Sequence record: PZ445450.1
DNA length: 64,000 nucleotides
Source of the DNA: a phage
Reading direction: 5' to 3' (one strand)
The notes beneath the pieces are model-generated. The model was not told where the DNA came from. It was given only the letters and a program-made list of their open reading frames with translations, and searched no databases. The translations under genes and the position numbers were made by a program. Positions 28,387 through 37,431 of this stretch are shown one piece after another (positions within the stretch are counted from its first letter, which is position 1; each line of letters starts with the position of its first letter).

Positions 28387-28484
28387 GTTCCACCCGTGAG
28401 TATTCCGGCAACAGCCGCTATGGAAGTAATGATCATCAGGATCACCACTAAAACTTCAGACAATGTTCTCATTGTGTATTCCAT
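28383..28484 (-). CDS. Small TM peptide (33 aa)
   Basis: GGAG RBS; hydrophobic; promoter immediately upstream. Confidence 0.35.
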   Translation of the reverse strand: MEYTMRTLSEVLVVILMIITSIAAVAGILTGGT

Positions 28485-28504
28485 ATTCTCCAAACTGTGT
28501 GTGG

Positions 28505-28533
28505 ATACTATCACGGGAGCGGTAATGTGTCAA
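28505..28533 (-). promoter_or_regulatory. Sigma70-like promoter
   Basis: TTGACA, 17 nt spacer, TAGTAT on the - strand. Confidence 0.45.
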
Positions 28534-28691
28534 CAGCAACGCCGCGAGGGTTTGGTTAAAATCCGAGCGTATGGTGATTTGGGTCAAAACGGACGTGCGT
28601 TCTCGCTACGCTCGAAAGAGAGGTTTGTTTATAGACCGTCCTTAAACGCTCTGTAACGAGATTATCTGTCCAAGGTATGCAATCGTGCACC

Positions 28692-28722
28692 AGATAAAGA
28701 AAAGGACGCCATAGAGCGTCCT
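28692..28722 (-). terminator. Rho-independent terminator
   Basis: ggacgctctatggcgtcc followed by ttttctttat on the - strand. Confidence 0.6.
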
Positions 28723-28752
28723 AGGTGTCTTAAATTTGATATTTTGCTATAC

Positions 28753-29046
28753 CTATGAGGGCTTATCAAGGTTGGAGTAGCTGAAAGGTGTCAAAAGGTG
28801 ATTGTCAAAATCTCTCAAACTGTCCAGATCTTTTTCCTCGTCCTGACACCATCTGTGCCTACATTTATTGTTGTAGTGCATAGAATGCATAGCGTTCTGC
28901 AACTTAACAGGCACAAGTGATTCAGGAGTGGATAGTATTGTTGGGTATGCCAGAACCACCTCAAATAGTGGGAACACATCGAAACTAAAGTCTACCTCTG
29001 CAGAGGTTGATGGCATGTAGGAGTATTTAGCCGCCTTTGTAGACAT
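28753..29046 (-). CDS. Hypothetical protein
   Basis: GAGGTGG RBS. Confidence 0.45.
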   Translation of the reverse strand: MSTKAAKYSYMPSTSAEVDFSFDVFPLFEVVLAYPTILSTPESLVPVKLQNAMHSMHYNNKCRHRWCQDEEKDLDSLRDFDNHLLTPFSYSNLDKPS

Positions 29047-29054
29047 AATCCACC

Positions 29055-29381
29055 TCACACAGGTTTGATAATACCTTTACCGAATAATTCTTCGTATCTA
29101 ATCTTATCCGGATCCCACTCCTGGATAATTTCGAAGACAATATCCAACCCAGGGATAATCACTTCTCCAGTGTCAAGTTTGGCAAGAACAAAACCAGAAG
29201 GCTGAATGGTTTCCCAGTTGCGACGATTGGAATAGAAGACCTCGAAAATATCACCGACCTTGATCTGTTGATCAAGATGTTCAAGATTCTCTTTCATATA
29301 GATGCAGCGGATTTTTCGTGCAGGCCATAGACCGCCTGCATCACGTTCATTTAGTTCTTTTACAGTAATCGGTATACCCAT
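29055..29381 (-). CDS. Hypothetical protein
   Basis: 108 aa ORF. Confidence 0.5.
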   Translation of the reverse strand: MGIPITVKELNERDAGGLWPARKIRCIYMKENLEHLDQQIKVGDIFEVFYSNRRNWETIQPSGFVLAKLDTGEVIIPGLDIVFEIIQEWDPDKIRYEELFGKGIIKPV

Positions 29382-29399
29382 CTCAAATCTCCTTCATGG

Positions 29400-29427
29400 A
29401 TAGTAAAAGAGGGGCTTGGGCCCCTCT
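29400..29427 (-). terminator. Rho-independent terminator
   Basis: agaggggcccaagcccctct followed by a T-tract on the - strand. Confidence 0.6.
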
Positions 29428-29433
29428 TTGTCA

Positions 29434-29739
29434 TTATTCTACAGAGCGTTTGAACAGAATGTCTGCCTCAGACATGTGCTCAACCTCTTCTTCGATTTTA
29501 GCTCGACGTTTTTCAGCCTCATAGCGAATATCGAACTCGGTAGCCACCAGAGATTTGATGAATTTAGGAGAATACAGATGATCCTGCTTCTCAACAAGAA
29601 TGATATCCTTGATGGCATCTTTCAGATCTTTAATCTGAAGCTGGAGTTCCACCAGTTCTTCGATTGTTTTGCGAAGGCGATCACGTTCTGCAGTGTCAGA
29701 AGGAAGAGAGGTGAACAGTTCAACTTTAGATTTAGCCAT
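29434..29739 (-). CDS. Coiled-coil protein
   Basis: GGAGAC RBS; charged heptad-like sequence. Confidence 0.5.
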   Translation of the reverse strand: MAKSKVELFTSLPSDTAERDRLRKTIEELVELQLQIKDLKDAIKDIILVEKQDHLYSPKFIKSLVATEFDIRYEAEKRRAKIEEEVEHMSEADILFKRSVE

Positions 29740-29767
29740 AGTAGGAGTCTCCTTATGTTGTTTTAAA

Positions 29768-30019
29768 TTAACGTTCTACAAAAATACCATTCAGTTCAAT
29801 AACCAGGAATTTCTGGTCTTCACTATCGTCTCGTGCCAGTACCTCACAGACGTATCGGTCATCCCCATCATCATCGCAGTCAAATACAAGACTGAGGACT
29901 TTATCATGGTAAACCTTCGCCACTACCGCCTCGTAAGTATTGCCGATTGTGAATCCAAGATAATCTCCGATGCATTTGACAACAACATGGTCTCCAGCAT
30001 TTAAGTCAATCTTTGTCAT
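29768..30019 (-). CDS. Hypothetical protein
   Basis: AAGGAG RBS before the internal ATG. Confidence 0.45.
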   Translation of the reverse strand: MTKIDLNAGDHVVVKCIGDYLGFTIGNTYEAVVAKVYHDKVLSLVFDCDDDGDDRYVCEVLARDDSEDQKFLVIELNGIFVER

Positions 30020-30174
30020 TACTGCGCTCCTTGGGTAATAATACTGTATGTAAAACTTTAACCAGAGATGTGAATAACGCCCCAAAACACACCGATAGCA
30101 CTAAAACAGACAAGGCCATCATTAAAGCTTCAGTAAAATCAGTCACTCCTCACCTCTTGTTAGTCACTATACTG

Positions 30175-30438
30175 TCATTTATCCTTGCCGTCAAGAACTT
30201 TTTTAAATCTTTCAGGGATATCTCCTGTTCTTAGATAGTTCATGACCTCGCAAGGTTCCCACTTGAATTTCTTACAGAGCAGGACGGCTGAGATTGTTTC
30301 ATTGCGAAAAGAAAGGATATTAATATCCCACTCTGAGAACCCCAACTTCCGAAGGGTAGCTATAGAAATCCTCACCGCAACCCAGCAGCAAAAACATGCA
30401 ACAAACGCCACTGCTACAACCCACATCAGGATGTTCAT
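30175..30438 (-). CDS. Putative membrane protein
   Basis: N-terminal TM helix with Cys cluster. Confidence 0.45.
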   Translation of the reverse strand: MNILMWVVAVAFVACFCCWVAVRISIATLRKLGFSEWDINILSFRNETISAVLLCKKFKWEPCEVMNYLRTGDIPERFKKVLDGKDK

Positions 30439-30447
30439 ACAAGCACC

Positions 30448-30531
30448 TTACTGAAATACAAGACACAGTGTTAAGGTTACTGACCAGCAAATAATTAACA
30501 GAACTGTTGCAACCTTGGCAAGATTTATCAT
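30448..30531 (-). CDS. Small TM peptide (27 aa)
   Basis: ATGA coupling to the upstream gene; hydrophobic. Confidence 0.3.
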   Translation of the reverse strand: MINLAKVATVLLIICWSVTLTLCLVFQ

Positions 30532-30815
30532 AGTGCCTCTAAGATTTCATATCCATCTGGTCGGAATACAAGCCACTCCGTGGCTCCGTTTGGTCGATAC
30601 GCTTTATACAGAACAACCTGATCTCGGCACATGCACATAGCTACATAGTTTTCATCCACACCTGCAGCCTGCATTGCAGCTTCTTCTCCGGCAACTGCTT
30701 TGCTTACAACCTCCTTGGTAGGCAGGTGTGCGATCAGTTCGTCACCATCATTAACTCCAAAATGGCTGAGCTCCCCATTGGTATCTTTAATCTTAATCTT
30801 AACCAGATCTTTCAT
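30528..30815 (-). CDS. Hypothetical protein
   Basis: 95 aa ORF; start overlaps the stop of the upstream gene. Confidence 0.5.
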   Translation of the reverse strand: MKDLVKIKIKDTNGELSHFGVNDGDELIAHLPTKEVVSKAVAGEEAAMQAAGVDENYVAMCMCRDQVVLYKAYRPNGATEWLVFRPDGYEILEAL

Positions 30816-31144
30816 TAGTCTTCCTCCAGGTTCAAAGGCCCTAAGATTTCATATGCCAGATTAGAAGTTACCAGAGGGTCTTCTGCATCTTTAGTATTAT
30901 ACCACCCGTGAATAACCAGAGTCCCACTCTGTTTCATATCCAACTGGAACTGTTCTGCAGTTTCCTCCTCCATCTCTAAGATTTCCATAAGGTATTTGAT
31001 GTTAGGAAGGTATGCAGCTGTTACAGTCCCCTCTACCAGACCTTCAGGCCAACCTACATCTGGATGACAAGTAGGAACCAGGTTGGTCAGCTTAATGGTG
31101 TACGCTTTTTCTGCACGAGCCTTCAGTAACGGGTCAATCTTCAT
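30815..31144 (-). CDS. Hypothetical protein
   Basis: Start overlaps the stop of the upstream gene. Confidence 0.5.
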   Translation of the reverse strand: MKIDPLLKARAEKAYTIKLTNLVPTCHPDVGWPEGLVEGTVTAAYLPNIKYLMEILEMEEETAEQFQLDMKQSGTLVIHGWYNTKDAEDPLVTSNLAYEILGPLNLEED

Positions 31145-31494
31145 TATTCGTCCTCCTCTTCGGTGCCTGCTTCCAGTAATAAGTTAAGAATATCTTCTGC
31201 ACAAGGCTCATAGAACTCTTGGCCTTCATTATCGATGATTTTGTAGTCATCTCCACGAATAATCAGGGGATCACTCTCAAAATTATCGAGACCTTTAACA
31301 ACGACAACACGATCGATTGCCATCATTGTAAGAACTTTATCGACATCTTCCTCTGCTACACCATACTGCAGCAGAATGTCCTTGGTAGGAGGAACAGCAT
31401 CCACCACAACACCGTTACCAAAACCTTCCGGCAAGTTAGCTAAAATATCTTCCGGAACCACATTAGTATCAAAACCGGTAATTTCTACTTTCAT
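31144..31494 (-). CDS. Hypothetical acidic protein
   Basis: MKVEITG... N-terminus; Glu/Asp-rich C-terminal tail. Confidence 0.5.
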   Translation of the reverse strand: MKVEITGFDTNVVPEDILANLPEGFGNGVVVDAVPPTKDILLQYGVAEEDVDKVLTMMAIDRVVVVKGLDNFESDPLIIRGDDYKIIDNEGQEFYEPCAEDILNLLLEAGTEEEDE

Positions 31495-31755
31495 TTACAG
31501 CACCTCTTCGTCAACTACTTCATAAAAATGGCCTGGGATTGCAATAGCGTTCTCACCTTCACCTACAAACACAGTTCCATCAAGAATCAACATCATAAGA
31601 ATTTCTGTAATATCCTCTTCCGGAACGTTGCCAAAACCTTTAATCAGCTCGTAGGTTGGGAGATTTACCTCTAAGATGTCACCATCTTTAGAACGGAAAT
31701 CAACACCGTCCTGAATCTCTGCCGTTTCAAGGTTTTTCAATTTAATCTTCATCAA
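31495..31755 (-). CDS. Small acidic protein, paralog family member
   Basis: MKIKLKNLE... N-terminus and ...FYEVVDEEVL C-terminus. Confidence 0.55.
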   Translation of the reverse strand: MMKIKLKNLETAEIQDGVDFRSKDGDILEVNLPTYELIKGFGNVPEEDITEILMMLILDGTVFVGEGENAIAIPGHFYEVVDEEVL

Positions 31756-31831
31756 TCAGTCTCCTGTCTTGTTAAGATGAAGGTATTATTTCACACAGGG
31801 TTGGCGTTGTCAACACCTGTGTGCAAGAAAA

Positions 31832-32227
31832 TTACTGAAACAGTGTGAATAAATTACCTTCCGGTGGGAACTTATCTGCCAAAAACGGTGTTAGCACAGT
31901 AGCCTTCTGAAGATCTGGGGTCCACTCGTTGTTCAGAACATCCCAATAGTACGCAATGTTGCTGTGTGGGTGCCGCATTACGAACTTTTTCCCTTCGTAG
32001 TCAGTTGAAACCTCTACAGAAGAAATAACAACAGAATCTTCAAGAGTTTCTTCATAGAAAGATCCGCCCTCGAATTTCCAACGAGATGCAAGAGCTCCTG
32101 CCTTAAACGCTGCAGATAACGGACTGTCTGCAAGAACATACATTTCTTGCACTCTGTCACTGCGATCTTTGCTTCTTACGTTGTATACAGTGTCTGAGCT
32201 ATACTCAACACGGTATAGACTTACCAT
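31832..32227 (-). CDS. Hypothetical protein
   Basis: 131 aa ORF. Confidence 0.5.
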   Translation of the reverse strand: MVSLYRVEYSSDTVYNVRSKDRSDRVQEMYVLADSPLSAAFKAGALASRWKFEGGSFYEETLEDSVVISSVEVSTDYEGKKFVMRHPHSNIAYYWDVLNNEWTPDLQKATVLTPFLADKFPPEGNLFTLFQ

Positions 32228-32586
32228 TACCGAACCTCCTCAATAACTTCCACATCTGAACCTACTATAAATGCAAAAGGACAGGTTTCAGGAAAGACAT
32301 CCGGATCGCCGCCAAGCTTGCTAACAATTTCTCCACCACTAATAAACACAAGCTCACCGATATTCATCAGGTTGCTGAAATAGTACCCATAATGATTAAA
32401 GAATGCAGCAGGGTCAGGTAGACTAGTGGCCTCAAGCTCTACATCGGTTGAGGTTACTTTCTTATCATAACCTCTCGCCTTTTGAGATGCAAGATCTGCA
32501 GAATCCTCAGGCGACCGGAGATGCACAGGAATTGTTTCACCAATAAAACGTACTTTCATATTATCACCCAACAACCATAGCTTCAA
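32227..32586 (-). CDS. Hypothetical protein
   Basis: 119 aa ORF; start overlaps the stop of the upstream gene. Confidence 0.5.
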   Translation of the reverse strand: MKLWLLGDNMKVRFIGETIPVHLRSPEDSADLASQKARGYDKKVTSTDVELEATSLPDPAAFFNHYGYYFSNLMNIGELVFISGGEIVSKLGGDPDVFPETCPFAFIVGSDVEVIEEVR

Positions 32587-32827
32587 AAGGAGTCATGAAC
32601 GAATAAACGGCATCATCATCTGCTTCAGGGAATGCTCCCAATGACTTCAGGTCTAAGCCCTTGACAAATACAAGGTTTTGATCAAAAGCTTCTTGCGGAT
32701 CAATCCGATACATATCCCGTAGGATATCGCTTACCTCCTCATCAAGAGGTGAGTATGCTGTGCACGTTTTTCCGATCAAGCTTTGAGAATCAGGGTATCC
32801 ACCTGAAGTTTTAAAATAAACAATCAT
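32564..32827 (-). CDS. Small acidic protein, paralog family member
   Basis: MIVYFKTSGGYPDSQSLIGK resembles MKVKFLTDLGYPSLVDCVGK of 34509-34742. Confidence 0.5.
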   Translation of the reverse strand: MIVYFKTSGGYPDSQSLIGKTCTAYSPLDEEVSDILRDMYRIDPQEAFDQNLVFVKGLDLKSLGAFPEADDDAVYSFMTPFEAMVVG

Positions 32828-32920
32828 ATAGTATCACCTCTGGCAAGAATGGGGATTCCTTTCCCACAAGTAATTACAAACTTTTCTTCTTATTGAGGCA
32901 GTATGCTAATCCAAGCAGGA

Positions 32921-33190
32921 TTATTCCTCTACAACCTCATACACATCAGGAGTTACAATCAACTCTTCTCCGTTACCCGGTGCAACAAACACCACCAAAC
33001 CTTCAGGTGTGTGCTTTTTAGCCATCTCGATAACATCTTCTCGCAGAGCTGGCTCCATCAGATCAAAACCTTCACCCAGGGCATCACGAACCACCTTCAT
33101 GTAGTCTACTGGTTGTGCTTCAACGATCATGCCTTCAACCAGTCCACAGTTTTTGTCTGCCAGCTCAGTTTTGAATAATTTAATTTTCAT
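32921..33190 (-). CDS. Small acidic protein, paralog family member
   Basis: MKIKLFKTEL... and ...VYEVVEE. Confidence 0.55.
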   Translation of the reverse strand: MKIKLFKTELADKNCGLVEGMIVEAQPVDYMKVVRDALGEGFDLMEPALREDVIEMAKKHTPEGLVVFVAPGNGEELIVTPDVYEVVEE

Positions 33191-33216
33191 TTAGAGGTCT
33201 CCTCAATTATTTGATA

Positions 33217-33318
33217 TTAATAGCCGTAACCTAACACATTAACTACAACTGCGATTGCAAACATAATTTCAAAGCATGCAATCTCTACATTTGGGACTAG
33301 TTTCTTAATCACGCCCAT
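33217..33318 (-). CDS. Small TM peptide (33 aa)
   Basis: GAGGTG RBS; hydrophobic. Confidence 0.35.
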   Translation of the reverse strand: MGVIKKLVPNVEIACFEIMFAIAVVVNVLGYGY

Positions 33319-33327
33319 TGTAGCACC

Positions 33328-33645
33328 TCATTCTCCAAAGTCAATCTTTACTTTGCCTTTCCCCTTACCTTTCTTTCCACCACATTTAGCCAACTGACGT
33401 GCTGCAACATCTACCATACGGTCAGTTGCCTCGTAAGCATCACTGCCTTTAGCTTTGGCAATAACTTCTTTTCCGGAAGTGTCAAAAATGAACGCCATAA
33501 CTTCCTGGTGATCATTTTCAACTTTTACACTCACACGTGCATAGTTGGCAGAGGGGTGCAAACGCTCCAGCTTAGACATTTTGTGGGAAATGAAAGACAC
33601 CATACCTTCAGTGATTTCTACGTTGCCAGTGATTTCAATTTGCAT
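33328..33645 (-). CDS. hpf: Ribosome hibernation promoting factor (HPF/RaiA/YfiA family) homolog
   Basis: MQIEITGNVEITEG...KLE...VSVKVE...ARQLAK aligns along its length with E. coli HPF (MQLNITGNNVEITEALREF...); Lys/Gly-rich tail. Confidence 0.8.
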   Translation of the reverse strand: MQIEITGNVEITEGMVSFISHKMSKLERLHPSANYARVSVKVENDHQEVMAFIFDTSGKEVIAKAKGSDAYEATDRMVDVAARQLAKCGGKKGKGKGKVKIDFGE

Positions 33646-33654
33646 AACGTGTTC

Positions 33655-33684
33655 CTTTTAAAGAAGAGGGAACCAAACCCTCTT
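33655..33684 (-). terminator. Rho-independent terminator
   Basis: agagggtttggttccctct plus T-tract on the - strand. Confidence 0.55.
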
Positions 33685-33727
33685 TGAAAACAATGATACT
33701 AAATCTGAAGCGTTGTGTCAACAGTTT

Positions 33728-34018
33728 TTACAGCTTGTTGTCGATAGTTTTTAAAATATCTACAGCAAGATCTGCCATTTTTCGAACATACTCTGCAAAC
33801 TCAACAGGATCCTTGATCAAAGAATTCACAGGGTCGTACCCTAGAGCGTTCAAAATGGCTGCAGCATCTACAACCTTCTCATCATTTGCGAAGATCTCTC
33901 CGTCAAACTTGTAGGTCCATTTTGAGTCAACCTTAGCAGAGCAGGGTTTGTCCATGCTTGTTACACCATCGTCTTTAAACTCTCCTGCGTTATCCATATT
34001 CAGAACTAAATCCATCAT
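33728..34018 (-). CDS. Hypothetical protein
   Basis: 96 aa ORF. Confidence 0.5.
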   Translation of the reverse strand: MMDLVLNMDNAGEFKDDGVTSMDKPCSAKVDSKWTYKFDGEIFANDEKVVDAAAILNALGYDPVNSLIKDPVEFAEYVRKMADLAVDILKTIDNKL

Positions 34019-34035
34019 AGTGGCACCTCACTGTT

Positions 34036-34512
34036 TCAGTTTAGCTTTTCTTCAACAACCCCATAGCTTGGGACAGAGTCAAGAGCTTTCTGGTTTAAAA
34101 GTGGTGTAGCAGGATCTGCAATGACATCCCAAGTCTCATACAGACCGCACTCATGATACCCCCAACGCTGCTCAATTGTCAAGCTGAGTGGCAAATCTTT
34201 ACCGTCACAAACAACCTTCCATCTACAAATGCTGGTATCTGGGCGTATCTGTGCACGGTATATCTGTACAAAATCCAATTTGAATTTGAGGTACTCGTCA
34301 TACAATTTAAGCACAAAGCTCTCGATTTGTGGAGACACTTTTGCAGCAAACTGTGCGTATTTGTACTTGCACTGGATGATCTTTCTGCGTTTTGCAGTTA
34401 AATTTTTTGCCGCCAGTTGTTCTTCAGTGTATCTCCACCTACGATCAACAAACGCAACAGGGTCTTTGTCCCCATAGAGGTCTTCCCAGTTAATCAGAAG
34501 CATACCTGTCAC
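34036..34512 (-). CDS. Hypothetical protein
   Basis: 158 aa ORF. Confidence 0.5.
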   Translation of the reverse strand: MTGMLLINWEDLYGDKDPVAFVDRRWRYTEEQLAAKNLTAKRRKIIQCKYKYAQFAAKVSPQIESFVLKLYDEYLKFKLDFVQIYRAQIRPDTSICRWKVVCDGKDLPLSLTIEQRWGYHECGLYETWDVIADPATPLLNQKALDSVPSYGVVEEKLN

Positions 34513-34742
34513 TCCTCCACAACTTCAAGGCCTTTACCGCCTCGCTCTGGCAGATTACTTAAAGATAGGTAATACATATAATCAGGAGAGATCCTGCCAG
34601 ACTCTGCACCTGCAGCTAGTAAATCCTTCCCTTTAACCAGGACAACATTCTCGTTTGCAGATAGCCGTTTTGCTTCCACAATTTTACCAACACAGTCAAC
34701 CAAGGAAGGGTACCCTAAATCTGTAAGAAATTTAACTTTCAT
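34509..34742 (-). CDS. Small acidic protein, paralog family member
   Basis: GGAGG RBS; MKVKFLTDLGYP... and ...LEVVEE. Confidence 0.55.
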   Translation of the reverse strand: MKVKFLTDLGYPSLVDCVGKIVEAKRLSANENVVLVKGKDLLAAGAESGRISPDYMYYLSLSNLPERGGKGLEVVEE

Positions 34743-34781
34743 GCTACCTCCTGCTTCTACCGTCCCTGGTAAGATAAATTA

Positions 34782-35183
34782 TTACTGAACAGAGCGCGGG
34801 GCTGGGAAGGATAACTCTTCTAAAGAGAAGATTTCATTTCCTACCACCCAAGTTGCTGGATCATCTGGGTCAACAGGCTGGATAATCATTACCTCATCCG
34901 CCTCGCACACACGTTTCCCACCTATAGTAGCGGAGTCAGCCACTAGCATACGAGGCTCTTCAGAAATGCACAGGTAACCTCCTCGGCCCACTGTTCCTTC
35001 CACAGGATCCTGCCCTTTGACCACAATGAATACCTTCTCTCCTGTGGCGATATTACTTTGCACACTAACAGTTTGACCAACTTTAGATGTACCGATCTTA
35101 GTGGCTTCAAACATTAAATCCCGAATTACTGTTGCATAGTTGCCGGACACTTTCTTACCTTCTTTAGTAATCTCAATCTTCAT
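34782..35183 (-). CDS. Hypothetical protein
   Basis: AAGGAG RBS; MKIEITKEG... Confidence 0.55.
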   Translation of the reverse strand: MKIEITKEGKKVSGNYATVIRDLMFEATKIGTSKVGQTVSVQSNIATGEKVFIVVKGQDPVEGTVGRGGYLCISEEPRMLVADSATIGGKRVCEADEVMIIQPVDPDDPATWVVGNEIFSLEELSFPAPRSVQ

Positions 35184-35419
35184 AATCTAGGCTCCTTAAA
35201 TGAATCTATGTAATCAATTAAATCCCAAACATCGCGATGGGCTGTCAGAGGGTATACTTCTCCGAGAGGGATCATAGCAATAAGTCTATCAAAAACCCAG
35301 TCTGGACGCAACATTTTATGGTGATATTCCCACTCACCTTCCACAGATTTTTTCTGAGTGATCAGGATCTCTGTGTAGTGTTTCGCCTGTCTTGAGTAGA
35401 TTGAAAATGACTTGTACAT
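35180..35419 (-). CDS. Hypothetical protein
   Basis: AGAGGGGG RBS before the internal ATG. Confidence 0.45.
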   Translation of the reverse strand: MYKSFSIYSRQAKHYTEILITQKKSVEGEWEYHHKMLRPDWVFDRLIAMIPLGEVYPLTAHRDVWDLIDYIDSFKEPRL

Positions 35420-35455
35420 AAATGACCCCCTCTTGTTGAAAACAACAATACACAA

Positions 35456-35740
35456 CTACCAGGTTACTGTCAAGTAGGCAACCGTATTATTTTTCTCTGG
35501 GGAGATGCCAACAACATCTACCTGCAGACCTCCTGCCCTTAAATCTCCAACAATGTGCGGGAAGTAATCTGAGAGATGCGAGGGTAGATTTATCGAAAAT
35601 CCGCACCCCAGAAAGCCTGCTAACGCTTTATTTTGTATCTCTCCTACAATCGCATCATAAATGGAGTTAAGCTCGTCAGGAAGCGTTACAGGACGTTTTA
35701 GCGCTAACTGGTGTAATTTGTCCTTAGCACTCATTTTCAT
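35456..35740 (-). CDS. Hypothetical protein
   Basis: ATGA-type coupling with the upstream methyltransferase. Confidence 0.45.
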   Translation of the reverse strand: MKMSAKDKLHQLALKRPVTLPDELNSIYDAIVGEIQNKALAGFLGCGFSINLPSHLSDYFPHIVGDLRAGGLQVDVVGISPEKNNTVAYLTVTW

Positions 35741-36270
35741 TTCAGGTCTACCTCTGGGGGTGCCAACCACATAAACGGCGGCAAGTCTAAACGGTTTTTC
35801 TTATCCCACACAAAATATGCATATGCTTGCCCGTCAGTTCTGCCGTTTGATTGAAATGATGGACGCTTAGATATTGTGATCACAGTAGTAGGTGCATTAT
35901 CAAGCCACCATTCAAATCTGGCTTTGCTTTCCAGAAAATTAAGACGCAAAAGCATAATAACTACGTCAGCATCTTTCAACGCCTTGTCTACAAACTCACG
36001 AGCCAGGCTGTATGGTGGGTTGGTGATAATACAGTCAACATGGTTGTATTCTGTATTCAGATAGTCAACACCTTCTTGGATTTCTCCCCATGCAGATCCT
36101 AACGGCATACGGGAGTAGAACACACCTGAGGCACTATTCCTGCAAGGCTCTAAGTAGGTCCAGTCTTCTGGGAACGGAATAAGGTCATACAGCCCTTCTG
36201 CACACCACTCCGGTGTCACATACTCATCGTAGGCGTTACGTTGTTCATCAGGTTTTCGAGCACAAGTCAT
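35737..36270 (-). CDS. Small phage-type DNA N6-adenine methyltransferase
   Basis: Motif IV DCIITNPPYS (NPPY); about 177 aa, the size of phage Dam-like enzymes. Confidence 0.65.
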   Translation of the reverse strand: MTCARKPDEQRNAYDEYVTPEWCAEGLYDLIPFPEDWTYLEPCRNSASGVFYSRMPLGSAWGEIQEGVDYLNTEYNHVDCIITNPPYSLAREFVDKALKDADVVIMLLRLNFLESKARFEWWLDNAPTTVITISKRPSFQSNGRTDGQAYAYFVWDKKNRLDLPPFMWLAPPEVDLK

Positions 36271-36282
36271 GCAAATCTCCAG

Positions 36283-36311
36283 ATCATAAAAGCCCTCCGA
36301 AGAGGGCTTTA
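36283..36311 (-). terminator. Rho-independent terminator
   Basis: aaagccctcttcggagggcttt followed by tatgat on the - strand. Confidence 0.55.
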
Positions 36312-36321
36312 GAATTAATGT

Positions 36322-37371
36322 TTAAGCTTCTTCGATAATTCCTGCACCCAGGATTTTTTCATTGAGCTCTTTTGCTGTTTTAATAATATTGTCCACCAGA
36401 CGCTTGCGAGTCTTATCTTTTACCTTAACCTCTTCACCGCCGTTCAGGGTTGTCTTCAATTGGGACAGAATGTCTTGAAGTTCAACGACAGAGAATCGCT
36501 GCAGATCTTCTGAGGTAATCTCGCCTAAGGCAATCTTAACGGTCTCACCACTTTCCATCTGCAGGTTCAGGAACACAGTGTGAACATCACCTTTCGAACC
36601 ACCCGCTTTTGCAGATTCAACAGCATGAACTAGCTCATCTAAAGAGGTGCACTGGTGAATCTCCGGAAGACCTGCTTCACCTAGCACACCTTCTTCATCA
36701 CCTTTTGCCAAAAGCTTTTTAGGTTTTTGTCCGTTCTGGATGCGTTGTATGTTGCCTTCATCCAGAATAATAGCTCCAGTACGTGCTGCCAGCTCTTCTC
36801 CGTCCAACCACACTTCGCCACCAGCTGTGATGGATGCGATCTCATCTTCTGTCAGCACTCCACCGTAGTATTTTTCAATCAGGCGTTCAAAACGTTTTTT
36901 CCAGTAGCTGACCTGAGTATTCATGTTCACACCGTTACCATAAGTGCCACCTTGATAGTAGTGGAACATAAATTCTGTGTCCGGAGCCACAGTGCGTTCT
37001 TTGCAACCCAGCCATAAGATTGTTCCCGCAGAGCAGCACATCCCTTCAGCATGTGCAACAACGCTTGCCTGAGACTCGCGGAATGCCTGTAGATAAGCCA
37101 TTGCAATGTGCACGCAACCCCCAGGGCTATTGATGATCACCCGAATGCTTTCTTCCGGCTGAGCCATACGGATCGTCTGCAGACGAGACATATGATCCTG
37201 CAGGTCTTCCAAATCGTCGATATAAAGAACGTGGTCAACAACAGGTGTTGGGTAGCTGTATGTTTCCATGATACCGCCCGGCATACCAAACATTTTATTA
37301 CTCATAGGTTCGAAACCGTTCTGTTTTTCTTTCATGCCGTGTACCATGGTGCTGCGAGGTGTTAAATTCAT
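36322..37371 (-). CDS. ClpP-like serine protease with a C-terminal extension
   Basis: INSPGG motif, Ser in MCCSAGT, His in FMFH; about 150 extra C-terminal residues. Confidence 0.65.
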   Translation of the reverse strand: MNLTPRSTMVHGMKEKQNGFEPMSNKMFGMPGGIMETYSYPTPVVDHVLYIDDLEDLQDHMSRLQTIRMAQPEESIRVIINSPGGCVHIAMAYLQAFRESQASVVAHAEGMCCSAGTILWLGCKERTVAPDTEFMFHYYQGGTYGNGVNMNTQVSYWKKRFERLIEKYYGGVLTEDEIASITAGGEVWLDGEELAARTGAIILDEGNIQRIQNGQKPKKLLAKGDEEGVLGEAGLPEIHQCTSLDELVHAVESAKAGGSKGDVHTVFLNLQMESGETVKIALGEITSEDLQRFSVVELQDILSQLKTTLNGGEEVKVKDKTRKRLVDNIIKTAKELNEKILGAGIIEEA

Positions 37372-37431
37372 GAGAAATCCTTAATATTGGAAGTTGAAAG
37401 CTATTTATTTAAACCTGATTCACATTTACCT

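Noticed and set aside
28160-28656. Plus-strand ORFs 28160-28399 and 28315-28656
   Set aside because: They are antisense to - strand small genes that have SD sequences and translational coupling, lack an RBS, and sit in an otherwise - strand transcription unit.
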